Assembly (NCBI GenBank): GCA_903825395.1
Contig: CAIKAF010000021.1
Coordinates: forward strand, 25,927 to 89,926
DNA from: an uncultured Flavobacteriales bacterium
Lineage (GTDB): Bacteria; Bacteroidota; Bacteroidia; CAIKAF01
DNA length: 64,000 nt
Direction: 5' to 3'
Shown here: one piece after another, positions 29,895 through 39,807 of the stretch
Position numbering within the stretch: position 1 is the stretch's first letter
Layout: every line of letters starts with the position of its first letter
The notes under the pieces: generated by a model
Seen by the model: the letters and a program-made list of their open reading frames with translations, nothing else
Databases searched by the model: none
Told to the model about the DNA's origin: nothing
Made by a program: the position numbers and the translations under genes

Positions 29895-29922
29895 AGTTAA
29901 CATAATATAAATTATCATAAAA
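29895..29922 (-). other. dif-like XerC/XerD recombination site
   Basis: Minus strand TTTTATGATAA-TTTATA-TTATGTTAACT has the 11-6-11 layout. The XerD arm matches canonical TTATGTTAAAT at 10/11 positions. It is intergenic between convergent genes. Confidence 0.7.
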
Positions 29923-29957
29923 TCGGAGCGGCGTCAAATAGCCCAATCCGCTCCAGT

Positions 29958-30578
29958 TCAATCGGCTTTGGAAAGGCCAGAAATAATCCGTTGCAATTCG
30001 GCATTGAATCCTTCGGAATTCAAGGAATCGTACGGAATACCCAAGGACCGATTCCAATGCCCTTGTTGATACTCGTGTATGCTCTCATTTTTAAACTCCA
30101 GCAACCGATGTAAAAACACCTTGAAACTCTGAGCAATCAAACTCGAATTCCCAAACATGGCATTAAAATAACTCGCCTGAAAACCATACAATTCCCGATC
30201 TTGAAGCGATTTCTGTATGCTCTCAAGGTTCTCTCGAGTAATTGGTTTTGGAAAAATCCCTGAAATGCCGGCACGAATTAAATCCTGCACATCGTATTCA
30301 AAAAACTGTGCAGAAATTCCTACAAAAGGCATACTGCAGGCCGGATTGGCATCAAAATACGACTTCAACCATTTTCCTCCCTTTTGTGCATCCAAATGTT
30401 GATCTAACAGCACAAAATCGTACTTGTTGTGTTCTGTACTCAGCAATTTTTCGAGGCGTTCAACAGATTCACACCAGTCGCATTTCCATCCCAATTGTTC
30501 AGCGATAAGGCGAACTAAGATGGAATTTAGTTCGCTGTCTTCAACAATTAAGATTCGGCCATGCCAGCCTGCACTCAT
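29958..30578 (-). CDS. Orphan response regulator (receiver domain)
   Basis: ILIVEDS, FVLLD (phospho-Asp), ISA and KP motifs. Confidence 0.8.
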   Translation of the reverse strand: MSAGWHGRILIVEDSELNSILVRLIAEQLGWKCDWCESVERLEKLLSTEHNKYDFVLLDQHLDAQKGGKWLKSYFDANPACSMPFVGISAQFFEYDVQDLIRAGISGIFPKPITRENLESIQKSLQDRELYGFQASYFNAMFGNSSLIAQSFKVFLHRLLEFKNESIHEYQQGHWNRSLGIPYDSLNSEGFNAELQRIISGLSKAD

Positions 30579-31063
30579 TGAGGCTTGGCTTTAGATTTGC
30601 TGGATTTTTTGGTGCTGCCTTCTTCAACTTCTGCAGCCGCTTCCTCTGCCTTTGTGTCTTCTACCTTGGCTTGAAAAGATGCAGCCGAATCAAACCCATT
30701 GGCTACCAGTTGATTGTACCATTTAAACACCTTCCGAATGTCGCCATCGTACACCCGTTCGGCATCGTAATTGGGCAAAATTTCAGAAAAGCTGCTTCGA
30801 AGTGTCTGCATATCGGCTTTGTGAGAAAGAGCCACTTTACCTTCGAATTTTGAAGAAATACCAGCAAAAACATTTCGCAGCGGCTCTTCGCCATCAATAA
30901 TGTAAATGCTAATGTCTTTTAGGGTGCTCACCTGTTCTGCGGGACTTACCGCTTCGGGGCGCATGGTGTCTAAAGCTTTAGCAATCAATCCATTTTTCCC
31001 AGTGGCTACAATGGTGTATAAGGACGGTTTTCCTGCCCTGGCAATAATGCTTTCAAATTCCAT
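30575..31063 (-). CDS. DUF5606 family protein
   Basis: GKPSLY, VSTLKDISIY and LPNYDAERVY..DIRKVFKWYN. Confidence 0.8.
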   Translation of the reverse strand: MEFESIIARAGKPSLYTIVATGKNGLIAKALDTMRPEAVSPAEQVSTLKDISIYIIDGEEPLRNVFAGISSKFEGKVALSHKADMQTLRSSFSEILPNYDAERVYDGDIRKVFKWYNQLVANGFDSAASFQAKVEDTKAEEAAAEVEEGSTKKSSKSKAKPQ

Positions 31064-31109
31064 ATGATCGGTTTAAAGTATATCGGTTTGCAGTGCGCAT
31101 AGGTCTCAC

Positions 31110-32540
31110 CTATTTGCCGCCTTCCATTTCGGCTTTAATGGCGTTTCGTTTGGCGGCATCTTCCAATTTCGTGTACACTTGAAGAAGGGTTTTTTGGAAG
31201 GTATCAATGCGGTTTGGGTCGGCATCTGGTTTAGCCTTTTCCTTTGCATAGCCTTTTTCTAGAATGGTAGCGCTGTTGGAAAAGAACACTTTAGCTTCCT
31301 CTTTTAGCGCTTCATATTCCTTAACCTTACTAATATCAAGGTCATTTGCCTTTTTAATAAGGGCATTCGCCTTGATGATTTCAGCATTGGCCAACTGCAA
31401 ATAGGCAGCAGTATAATTCGCATCCAATTCTATGGTTTTTTCGTAACCAATTTTGGCCGCTACTCGGCGCTCCGCAATCTGAGCTGCGAGGCCTTTTGCA
31501 TCTTTTTTCTCTAAATTTTCGGCAATCTGGTCATTGATAACGCCTTTATTAAAATTCAAAACAAGCAAAATGGCTGGATCTGAAGAAAACGCAGAGATGG
31601 CTTGCTCAATGGCTTCAAGGGCTTTTTCATCGTTGCCTGCATTGAGGTAGAAGTTAACTTCTTCCAAAATAAACTCTGTTTTCAAGGCAGGAAATTCTTT
31701 CTTTCCATTTTCGATGAGCGTGGCAGCGCGATCGGTTTCTCCCCGTTCCATAGCCAATTTAACCTCAATTAGAGCCAAATCAGACAAGCTTCCAAAGCGT
31801 TTTTTAGCGGCATCAATGGCTATTTGAGCCTCAGAAAACTTTTGTGCGAAAATATTTAACCGTACCAAAGCCACTGCAAAAGCGGTGTCTTCGGGCGACA
31901 AATCAACGGCATTTTGAGCATAACCCAAGGCCTCATCTACCTTTTGGGCTTCGGCAGCAGCCACAGACTGATAGTAGCAGTAATATGCCATTTGACGTTG
32001 TAGGCTCCGGTTATCTGGGTCTTGCTTTGCTAAAATTTCCATGGCTGTTTTGGCCGCGCCAAACTCTGCAATGGCTTCAGCGTACTTTTTAGCCTTCAGA
32101 TTTTTTTGAGCTGATTCAGCGAATCGGGCTCCGATGCTTAGCATTCGATTCAGAATTTCATCGGGTTCTTCGACCTTGGGCTTGCCATTGGATTTGAATT
32201 CCACAACTAGAGCGCGCCCATAGGAAAACATTGCCGAATCCAAAGCCCCTTTTCTAGCCAAGACCAAACGAGGACTCGGATCGGTTCCCAAGAGCCAATA
32301 CACATCGCCACGGCGTTTCCATGTTTTTGATTTGGCTACCGTGGTTTCATGTTTTGCTGCGGCATCCATTTCCTTTTTTGCTTCTAATAGCGCATCAATG
32401 GCCACTTGTTCATTTACTTCCCGTTCGCGCTTAAAGGTATTTAGGTGTTCCCAAGCGGTTAAAACGGCGGCATCTTGAGCGAATGCTCCAACCGAAATTG
32501 AAATGAATCCAAGAGCAAGAAAATGACGTATTGTTTTCAT
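31110..32540 (-). CDS. Secreted tetratricopeptide-repeat protein
   Basis: Signal peptide and helical TPR-like repeats; lies downstream of gyrA. Confidence 0.75.
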   Translation of the reverse strand: MKTIRHFLALGFISISVGAFAQDAAVLTAWEHLNTFKREREVNEQVAIDALLEAKKEMDAAAKHETTVAKSKTWKRRGDVYWLLGTDPSPRLVLARKGALDSAMFSYGRALVVEFKSNGKPKVEEPDEILNRMLSIGARFAESAQKNLKAKKYAEAIAEFGAAKTAMEILAKQDPDNRSLQRQMAYYCYYQSVAAAEAQKVDEALGYAQNAVDLSPEDTAFAVALVRLNIFAQKFSEAQIAIDAAKKRFGSLSDLALIEVKLAMERGETDRAATLIENGKKEFPALKTEFILEEVNFYLNAGNDEKALEAIEQAISAFSSDPAILLVLNFNKGVINDQIAENLEKKDAKGLAAQIAERRVAAKIGYEKTIELDANYTAAYLQLANAEIIKANALIKKANDLDISKVKEYEALKEEAKVFFSNSATILEKGYAKEKAKPDADPNRIDTFQKTLLQVYTKLEDAAKRNAIKAEMEGGK

Positions 32541-32579
32541 CGCGGTAAATTTCTTAACTGTTAAACAAGAATAATGCCG

Positions 32580-35144
32580 TTATTCAATGGTTGGCGCATC
32601 TGGGCTCAAATCAGATTCCTCAGAATTGGCAGCTCCGTCTGATAACTCTGCGGTTTCAGATTCATCAACGGCCTCCTTTTTTACACGTGCCACTGCGGCG
32701 ATTTCATCTCCGTTTTTCAAGTTGATCAGCCTAACTCCCTGAGTAGCTCTGCCCATTACCCGCATTTCTTCCACGGCCATACGGATAAGGGTTCCTTTCA
32801 TGGTAATGATCATCAGATGGTCCCCGTCCACCACTGCCTTCAGGGCAATTAAGGCTCCGGTTTTTTCGGTTACATTGATGGTACGTACTCCCTTCCCGCC
32901 GCGGTTGGTAATGCGGTACTCATCTAAATTTGAGCGTTTTCCGAATCCTTTTTCGCTCACCACCAGTACCTCGGCCGGATCTTTTGGATCTACAGTAATC
33001 AGCCCTACCACCTCATCGGTGGTTTCATTGGCCAATCGAACTCCCCGTACTCCCGTAGCGGTTCTTCCCATTGGTCGAACTTTCTCTTCCGGGAAACGAA
33101 TGGCGCGACCGCTTTTCAATGCCATCATTAGTTCATGGCTGCCATCGGTCAATTTAGCTTCCAACAATTCATCGTCTTCGCGAACGGAAATGGCATTAAT
33201 TCCACTGGCTCTTGGTCGGCTGTAGGCCTCAAGAGTTGTTTTCTTAATGATTCCCTTTTTGGTGCACATTACGATGAAATTGCTTTCTGTGTACTCTTTA
33301 TTATCCAATCCTTTGACAGCAATAAAGGCCTTCACCCTATCTCCTTGCTCAATTTGAATCAAGTTTTGAATGGGGCGACCTTTGGTGGCTTTTGCTCCCT
33401 CAGGAATTTCAAATACGCGAAGCCAGAAGCATCGACCACGTTCAGTAAAGAACAACATGTAGGCATGCGTATCTGCAATGAAAAGGTGTTCAAGGAAATC
33501 TTCATCGCGGGTAGCTGAACCTCTGGAACCCACTCCTCCCCTACTTTGTTGTCTGTATTCTTGGAGTTGAGTCCGTTTGATATACCCCAGGTGAGAAATG
33601 GTAACCACCACAGGTTCATCTGCAATAATGTCTTCAATTCTAAAATCTTCCGCAGAAAATACAATTTCAGTTCTTCGTTGATCGCCGTATTTCTCACGGA
33701 TTTCGCTAAGCTCATCTTTAATGATTTGCATGCGCAAGGGCTCCTCAGCCAATATCCGTTTCAAATAGGCAATTTGCTCCATAATTTCATTGAACTCGGC
33801 ACGGATTTTATCTCGTTCCATACCGGTTAAACGCTGCAACCTAAGCTCAAGAATGGCCTTTGCCTGAATTTCAGACAGGTTGAAATTTCCAATCAAACCT
33901 TCCTTTGCTTCATCTACGGTAGGACTTTTCCGTATCAGAGCAATAACCTCATCTAAATGGTCAAGGGCAATTAAATACCCTTCGAGAATATGGGCGCGTT
34001 TTTCAGCCTGATCCAGTTCATATTTGGCTCGCCGGGTCACCACCTCATGCCGGTGGTCCACAAACTCCCGAATCAAATCTTTTAGGTTTAACAACATTGG
34101 TCTGCCCTTAACCAAGGCAATATTGTTGACGCTAAATGAGGTTTGAAGCGAGGTGTATTTGTACAACTGATTCAGAACCACATTGGTAACCGCATCGCGC
34201 TTCAATTCAAATACCAAGCGCATTCCATTCCTATCTGATTCCAAACGAATATCTGAAATCCCTTCAATTTTCTTCTCGTTCACCAAATCAGCGGCCTTGA
34301 TTTGAATTTCTGCCGGATTGACTTGATATGGAACCTCGGTTACAACGATTTGTTCTTTTCCGTTATCTAAAGTTTCAATGTTGGTTTTTGCCCGAATAAC
34401 AATCCGGCCTCTGCCTGTTTCAAATGCATCTTTAACTCCTTCGTAGCCATAAATGATACCTCCTGTTGGGAAATCCGGAGCTTTCACGTGCTGCATCAAT
34501 CCTGCCACATCAATATCTGTGTTATCGATGTAGGCCATGATTCCGTCAATCACCTCAGTTAGGTTATGAGGAGCCATATTGGTGGCCATTCCTACCGCAA
34601 TTCCTGCAGCTCCGTTCACCAACAAATTGGGGATTCGTGCAGGCAGAACGGTTGGCTCTTGCAGAGAATCGTCAAAATTCAGCCTAAAATCGATGGTATC
34701 TTTATCGATATCCGACAGCATTTCTTCCGCTGTCTTCTTTAGCCTGGCCTCGGTGTAACGCATGGCGGCCGGACTATCGCCTTCCATAGAGCCAAAGTTA
34801 CCCTGACCATCAACCAGTGGATAGCGCAGCGACCAGTCTTGAGCCATACGCACCATAGCATCGTACACCGAGCTATCTCCATGCGGGTGGTATTTTCCCA
34901 ATACTTCCCCGACGATACGGGCTGATTTCTTATAGGGTCTGTTGGATAAAACACCCAAGTCCAACATGCCAAACAACACCCTTCGGTGAACGGGCTTCAT
35001 CCCATCACGCACATCTGGAAGGGCCCTGGAAACAATCACCGACATCGAGTAATCGATGTACGCTGACTTCATTTCCTCTTCAATATTAATAGGAACGATG
35101 CGGCTTCCACCTGCCGCGGGATCAATCAAGTTTTCGTCTGCCAT
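32580..35144 (-). CDS. gyrA: DNA gyrase subunit A
   Basis: [17 protein letters not shown], GyrA-box QSRGGVG and C-terminal pinwheel repeats. Confidence 0.98.
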   Translation of the reverse strand: MADENLIDPAAGGSRIVPINIEEEMKSAYIDYSMSVIVSRALPDVRDGMKPVHRRVLFGMLDLGVLSNRPYKKSARIVGEVLGKYHPHGDSSVYDAMVRMAQDWSLRYPLVDGQGNFGSMEGDSPAAMRYTEARLKKTAEEMLSDIDKDTIDFRLNFDDSLQEPTVLPARIPNLLVNGAAGIAVGMATNMAPHNLTEVIDGIMAYIDNTDIDVAGLMQHVKAPDFPTGGIIYGYEGVKDAFETGRGRIVIRAKTNIETLDNGKEQIVVTEVPYQVNPAEIQIKAADLVNEKKIEGISDIRLESDRNGMRLVFELKRDAVTNVVLNQLYKYTSLQTSFSVNNIALVKGRPMLLNLKDLIREFVDHRHEVVTRRAKYELDQAEKRAHILEGYLIALDHLDEVIALIRKSPTVDEAKEGLIGNFNLSEIQAKAILELRLQRLTGMERDKIRAEFNEIMEQIAYLKRILAEEPLRMQIIKDELSEIREKYGDQRRTEIVFSAEDFRIEDIIADEPVVVTISHLGYIKRTQLQEYRQQSRGGVGSRGSATRDEDFLEHLFIADTHAYMLFFTERGRCFWLRVFEIPEGAKATKGRPIQNLIQIEQGDRVKAFIAVKGLDNKEYTESNFIVMCTKKGIIKKTTLEAYSRPRASGINAISVREDDELLEAKLTDGSHELMMALKSGRAIRFPEEKVRPMGRTATGVRGVRLANETTDEVVGLITVDPKDPAEVLVVSEKGFGKRSNLDEYRITNRGGKGVRTINVTEKTGALIALKAVVDGDHLMIITMKGTLIRMAVEEMRVMGRATQGVRLINLKNGDEIAAVARVKKEAVDESETAELSDGAANSEESDLSPDAPTIE

Positions 35145-35359
35145 TTTTTCAGTCGATTAGTTGGGCACAAATTTTGTTTTAACGAAAGCGAAAATACGCA
35201 TTACCTATGTTAAATCGTCGTTTTTTCATGGAAAGATATGGACACAATGTTAACAACCTCATAATACCCATGACAGATATGAGGTGAATTTAGAAAAGCC
35301 GTACCTTGCACTCAAGTAATTTCATTCAATTAAAGAACCCCTAGCCCTAAATAATTCGT

Positions 35360-37867
35360 ATGGAAGCTCGTTTTTCTCCCAGAGTTAAAGATGTAATCAC
35401 CTTTAGTAGAGAAGAAGCCTTGCGCCTTGGCCATGATTATATCGGTACCGAGCACCTCTTGCTAGGTATGATTCGGGAAGGCGAAGGTATGGGGATCAAA
35501 ATCCTTAAATCGCTTGGAGTCCAAATGGATGACTTGAGAAAGGAAATTGAAACCTCAATTCGACCGCATTCAAAAAATACCGTCAATATTGGCAACATCC
35601 CCTTGGTTAAGCAAGCTGAAAAGGCGCTAAAAGTGACCTATCTTGAGGCCAAACTGTTCAACTCGGCCATAATTGGTACCGAGCATCTCCTACTGGCCAT
35701 CTTAAAAGATGAAGACAGCATTGTTACTCGAATTTTAAAACGATATAGGGTGGATTATTCCTCCGTTAAAGACGAAATTGATTTTATGGCAAGCGATAAA
35801 CCAAAGGCAGAAGCCCCAAGAAATGAACCGGAAGAAGAACCCGAAGACATGGGGGGTGGCTTCAGCAAAAAGAACCTGGATCCCAAAAGCAAAACTCCGG
35901 TTCTTGACAATTTTGGCCGAGATTTGTCAAATTTGGCAGAGTCGGGAAAATTGGACCCCATCATTGGCCGAGACAAAGAAATTGAACGGGTATCTCAGAT
36001 CCTATCCCGCAGAAAGAAAAACAACCCCATTTTAATCGGAGAACCAGGAGTTGGAAAATCGGCCATTGCTGAAGGATTGGCCCTTCGAATTTCTCAAAAG
36101 AAGGTGGCGCGAAATCTGTTCACCAAGCGGGTTGTTTCTCTTGACCTGGGTTCATTGGTAGCCGGTACAAAGTACCGCGGCCAATTTGAAGAACGCATGA
36201 AAGCCCTAATGAATGAACTTGAAAAATCACCGGATGTGATTTTATTTATCGACGAAATCCATACCATTATTGGAGCTGGAGGAGCCAGCGGTTCGTTGGA
36301 TGCCTCAAACATGTTTAAACCCGCCTTGGCCAGAGGCGAAATTCAGTGCATCGGAGCCACAACTCTAGATGAATACCGACAATTTATTGAAAAGGATGGG
36401 GCTTTAGACCGCCGTTTTCAAAAGGTGATGGTAGAACCTACCACCGAAGAGGAAACCCTTCAAATTCTTAAGAACATTAAGGACAGGTATGAGGACCACC
36501 ACAATGTAAATTACACTGAAGATGCGCTCAAGGCCTGTGTAAGCTTAACCAGCCGCTACATTACCGACCGGTTCTTGCCAGACAAAGCCATTGATGCCCT
36601 TGATGAGGCTGGAGCCCGTGTCCACATCACCAACATTAAGGTACCCAAAGAAATTGAAGAGATTGAACGGGAGATTGAAGAGGTAAAAGTTGAAAAAACC
36701 CGCGTGGTTAAAAGTCAACGCTATGAAAAGGCCGCCGAACTGCGCGATAAAGAACGGCAGCTTTCCGAGAAACTCGAAAGCGCAAAACGGCGCTGGGAAG
36801 AAGAAAATCGGCAAAACCGCGAAGTGGTTGGCGAAGATGAAGTAGCCCAGGTGGTTGCTATGATGACAGGAATCCCCGTCCAAAAGGTGGCACAAAGCGA
36901 AAGCAATGTGCTCGCGAAAATGTTTGATGTGGTAAAAGGGAAGGTGATTGGCCAAGACGATGCGGTTAAAAAGGTGGTTCGCGCCATTCAACGCAACCGT
37001 GCAGGCCTGAAAGACCCCAATAAACCCATCGGAAGTTTCATTTTCTTAGGCCCAACCGGAGTAGGAAAAACCCAATTGGCTAAGGTTTTGTCTAAAACCC
37101 TGTTTAACAGCGAAGACGCACTGATTCGAATTGACATGTCAGAATACATGGAGAAATTTGCTGTATCGCGTTTAATTGGTGCGCCTCCCGGATATGTCGG
37201 ATATGAAGAAGGTGGACAACTCACCGAAAAGGTGCGCCGAAAACCCTACTCAGTAGTTCTTTTGGACGAAATAGAAAAAGCACACCCCGATGTGTTCAAT
37301 CTTCTGCTGCAAGCCTTAGACGATGGTGTTTTGACCGATTCACTCGGTCGTAAAATTGATTTTAAAAACACCATTATTATCATGACTTCGAACATCGGAT
37401 CCCGAGATTTGAAAGAATTCGGTCAAGGAGTTGGTTTCAAAACTTCAGCACGCGAAAAGCAAGCCGATGAATACTCTGGCGCTGTGATTCAAAATGCACT
37501 GAAAAAGGCCTTCGCTCCAGAGTTTCTGAACCGAATCGACGATGTTATTCTATTCGCTTCCTTGAAGCAAGAAGACATTCACCAAATTATCGATTTGGAG
37601 TTGGCCGCTTTAATACAGCGCATCGAAACCAACGGATATAAAATGAACATTAGTCCCGAGGCCAAAGATTTCATTGCGCAAAAAGGATTTGATCCACACT
37701 ATGGAGCCAGGCCTTTAAAGCGCGCCATTCAAAAATTCATCGAAGATTCGTTGGCCGAAGAAATCATCAGCGGCCGCATTTCTGAGGGAGATACCATTAC
37801 CGTTCAATTGGACGGGGAGGAAATCAAAATCACCAAGGCTAAAATCCGCAAAAAGAAAAATTCATAA
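35360..37867 (+). CDS. clpC: ATP-dependent Clp protease ATP-binding subunit ClpC
   Basis: Clp-N repeats, two AAA+ modules (GEPGVGKS, GPTGVGKT) and a UVR-type middle domain. Confidence 0.95.
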   Translation: MEARFSPRVKDVITFSREEALRLGHDYIGTEHLLLGMIREGEGMGIKILKSLGVQMDDLRKEIETSIRPHSKNTVNIGNIPLVKQAEKALKVTYLEAKLFNSAIIGTEHLLLAILKDEDSIVTRILKRYRVDYSSVKDEIDFMASDKPKAEAPRNEPEEEPEDMGGGFSKKNLDPKSKTPVLDNFGRDLSNLAESGKLDPIIGRDKEIERVSQILSRRKKNNPILIGEPGVGKSAIAEGLALRISQKKVARNLFTKRVVSLDLGSLVAGTKYRGQFEERMKALMNELEKSPDVILFIDEIHTIIGAGGASGSLDASNMFKPALARGEIQCIGATTLDEYRQFIEKDGALDRRFQKVMVEPTTEEETLQILKNIKDRYEDHHNVNYTEDALKACVSLTSRYITDRFLPDKAIDALDEAGARVHITNIKVPKEIEEIEREIEEVKVEKTRVVKSQRYEKAAELRDKERQLSEKLESAKRRWEEENRQNREVVGEDEVAQVVAMMTGIPVQKVAQSESNVLAKMFDVVKGKVIGQDDAVKKVVRAIQRNRAGLKDPNKPIGSFIFLGPTGVGKTQLAKVLSKTLFNSEDALIRIDMSEYMEKFAVSRLIGAPPGYVGYEEGGQLTEKVRRKPYSVVLLDEIEKAHPDVFNLLLQALDDGVLTDSLGRKIDFKNTIIIMTSNIGSRDLKEFGQGVGFKTSAREKQADEYSGAVIQNALKKAFAPEFLNRIDDVILFASLKQEDIHQIIDLELAALIQRIETNGYKMNISPEAKDFIAQKGFDPHYGARPLKRAIQKFIEDSLAEEIISGRISEGDTITVQLDGEEIKITKAKIRKKKNS

Positions 37868-37905
37868 TCGGATGGGTTTTGTATCTTTAACATCAAATAT
37901 CACGT

Positions 37906-38115
37906 ATGAAACAGCTTAAAAACCTTCTTGCTCTCAGCGTTTTGGTGGTTGCACTCAGCAGCTGCGAAGAAGAAATCTGCATCCATTGTTTTCCAAACGG
38001 AGAAACACATTCCAGTCCGAATGCAGTTGAATTTTGTTCTACAGACGGAAATGCACGAATGGATTTTCAGGTTGAATACATTGATAAATCCTACAATTGC
38101 GTTCAGGCCGAGTAA
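37906..38115 (+). CDS. Small Cys-rich lipoprotein
   Basis: Lipobox LSSC, then CxxC and two more Cys; has its own terminator. Confidence 0.7.
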   Translation: MKQLKNLLALSVLVVALSSCEEEICIHCFPNGETHSSPNAVEFCSTDGNARMDFQVEYIDKSYNCVQAE

Positions 38116-38138
38116 CCTTTGTCCTGTAATCATGAAAT

Positions 38139-38165
38139 AGCCCTTCGTTGAAGGGCTTTTTTTTT
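38139..38165 (+). terminator. Intrinsic terminator
   Basis: AGCCCTTC-GTT-GAAGGGCT followed by a T-run. Confidence 0.85.
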
Positions 38166-38307
38166 GGGCGGCTGCGGGCTTTCTCAGGTAGTCCGCCGCT
38201 TCCCGGTGGCTGGGGCAGCGGGTTTGCGTGGGCTCCCAAGGTCGCCTCCGCACCACGCGCCCCAGGCACCGGTCTTCCGGCGTTCTACCTTGTTCAATCC
38301 CTGCCGC
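38166..38307 (+). repeat. Constant-length hairpin element, copy 4
   Basis: GGGCGGC..CGGGCTTTC..AGGTAG...GGC-TCCCAAGGTC-GCC...CTACCT..TCAATCCCTGCCGC. Confidence 0.9.
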
Positions 38308-38329
38308 AACTCAAACCCTTAACCCAACA

Positions 38330-38359
38330 CAAAAAAAAGCCCCACTCAATGGCGGGGCT
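38330..38359 (-). terminator. Intrinsic terminator of the minus-strand lipoprotein gene
   Basis: AGCCCC..GGGGCT stem with an A-run on the plus strand (U-tract on minus). Confidence 0.75.
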
Positions 38360-38379
38360 GAAAAAAAATCGTTTGGCAC

Positions 38380-38943
38380 TTATTTCATCGCCTCAACCCG
38401 AATGGAGTATTTAATCTTCAGGCGGTATTCCTGTTGAGAATTATCGGTAACGGTAACCATGCGTGTATCAAAACGGGTGATAAAGGTATCGGTCAACCAG
38501 GGTTGAATGTCTCCGTAATTTACGGCCAATTCTTCCTTATTACCCCGATTGGCAACGTCATTTCCAAAGCCACCAGCAGCTCCGGTAGGATTGTGCTTGT
38601 AGGCCACCAAAACCTGTTTCCCGGGCTCGGATCTTGACACAAAGAAAATCTCGTATTTCTTAAACGGCCATAAGGTAGTATCAGGACTCACCATTTCTAC
38701 AAAGGCGCTATCCATACTTACTTTATCGATGTTGTCAAAGGTCATTCCGTAATTCACCAAATAATCGCGGAGGTATTCCATGTCAACGGTATCGACATTG
38801 ACCATAAACTCTCCGTTCTTATAATTCCCAGGAATTACAATTTCGTTTTCAAAGGGGACAACTATCTGAAACCGATCTGGACCACAGGCCGCAACAACCG
38901 TTCCTAGAAGAGCTAAAAAAGCGTAGTTCTTAAATTTTCCCAT
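38380..38943 (-). CDS. Hypothetical lipoprotein
   Basis: Lipobox VAAC after MGKFKNY; promoter 4 nt upstream of ATG 38943. Confidence 0.7.
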   Translation of the reverse strand: MGKFKNYAFLALLGTVVAACGPDRFQIVVPFENEIVIPGNYKNGEFMVNVDTVDMEYLRDYLVNYGMTFDNIDKVSMDSAFVEMVSPDTTLWPFKKYEIFFVSRSEPGKQVLVAYKHNPTGAAGGFGNDVANRGNKEELAVNYGDIQPWLTDTFITRFDTRMVTVTDNSQQEYRLKIKYSIRVEAMK

Positions 38944-38966
38944 GTTACAAAAGTATAAACCTTTTG

Positions 38967-39776
38967 TCAAGATACAAATTTTTCCATTAAGTCGGCGGAA
39001 ATACCCGTAGAGCTGAATCCCCCGTCATGGAATAGATTCTGCATGGTTACCATTTTTGTTAAATCTGAAAACAGGCTTATGCAATAATTGGCACAATCGT
39101 CGGCCGAAGCATTTCCAAGGGGCGACATTTTATCGGCATAATCAAAAAATGCATCAAAGCCTCCTACCCCACTTCCGGCCGTGGTTTTGGTCGGTGATTG
39201 GGAAATGGTGTTAACCCGTACTTGATTCTTTTTTCCATAATGGTAACCAAAACCCCGGGCTATGCTTTCCAAAACGGCTTTGGCATCAGCCATATCTCCA
39301 TAATCAGGGAAAGTCCGTTGGGCTGCGATGTAACTCAATCCAACCACACTACCCCATTGTTTTATGGCGTCTTTTTGATAGGCCACCTGCAGCATTCTAT
39401 GAAAGGATAAGGCCGAAATATCAAGGCTTTTTTGATACCAATCGTAATTCAAATTGGTGTAGTGTTTTCCTTTCCGCACATTGGGCGACATGCCAATGGA
39501 ATGCAGCACAAAGTCGATTTGGCCTCCGGCATGATTCATAGCCTCATCAAACAGATTTTCAACGTCTTGCTGTGAGGTGGCATCCGCTCCAACAACGGGA
39601 GCGCCACACTGTTCAGCTAGGGTGTGAATGGTACCCATTCTCAAGGCAACGGGTGCGTTGGACAGGATGATTTTCGCCCCTTGCTCATGGGCTTTCAGAG
39701 CTACTTTCCAGGCAATAGATTGCTCATCTAAAGCTCCTGTAATAATGCCGGTTTTTCCGGTTAAAATTCCTTGCAT
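38967..39776 (-). CDS. fabI: Enoyl-ACP reductase
   Basis: SDR fold with GALDEQSIAW, LHSIGMS and YGDMADAK. Confidence 0.9.
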   Translation of the reverse strand: MQGILTGKTGIITGALDEQSIAWKVALKAHEQGAKIILSNAPVALRMGTIHTLAEQCGAPVVGADATSQQDVENLFDEAMNHAGGQIDFVLHSIGMSPNVRKGKHYTNLNYDWYQKSLDISALSFHRMLQVAYQKDAIKQWGSVVGLSYIAAQRTFPDYGDMADAKAVLESIARGFGYHYGKKNQVRVNTISQSPTKTTAGSGVGGFDAFFDYADKMSPLGNASADDCANYCISLFSDLTKMVTMQNLFHDGGFSSTGISADLMEKFVS

Positions 39777-39807
39777 AGGATGTTTATTTAGTGCGAAAGA
39801 ACAAAAT

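Noticed and set aside
35195..35215. Second dif-like half site TATGTTAAAT between gyrA and clpC
   Set aside because: There is no correctly spaced XerC arm, and it lies in a divergent promoter region.
37900..38437. ORFs overlapping hairpin copies (also 46378-46804, 52259-52441 and 54312-54500) sharing peptides such as APKVASAPR
   Set aside because: The shared peptides simply reflect the conserved repeat sequence in GC-rich, stop-poor DNA. Frames and strands are inconsistent between copies.
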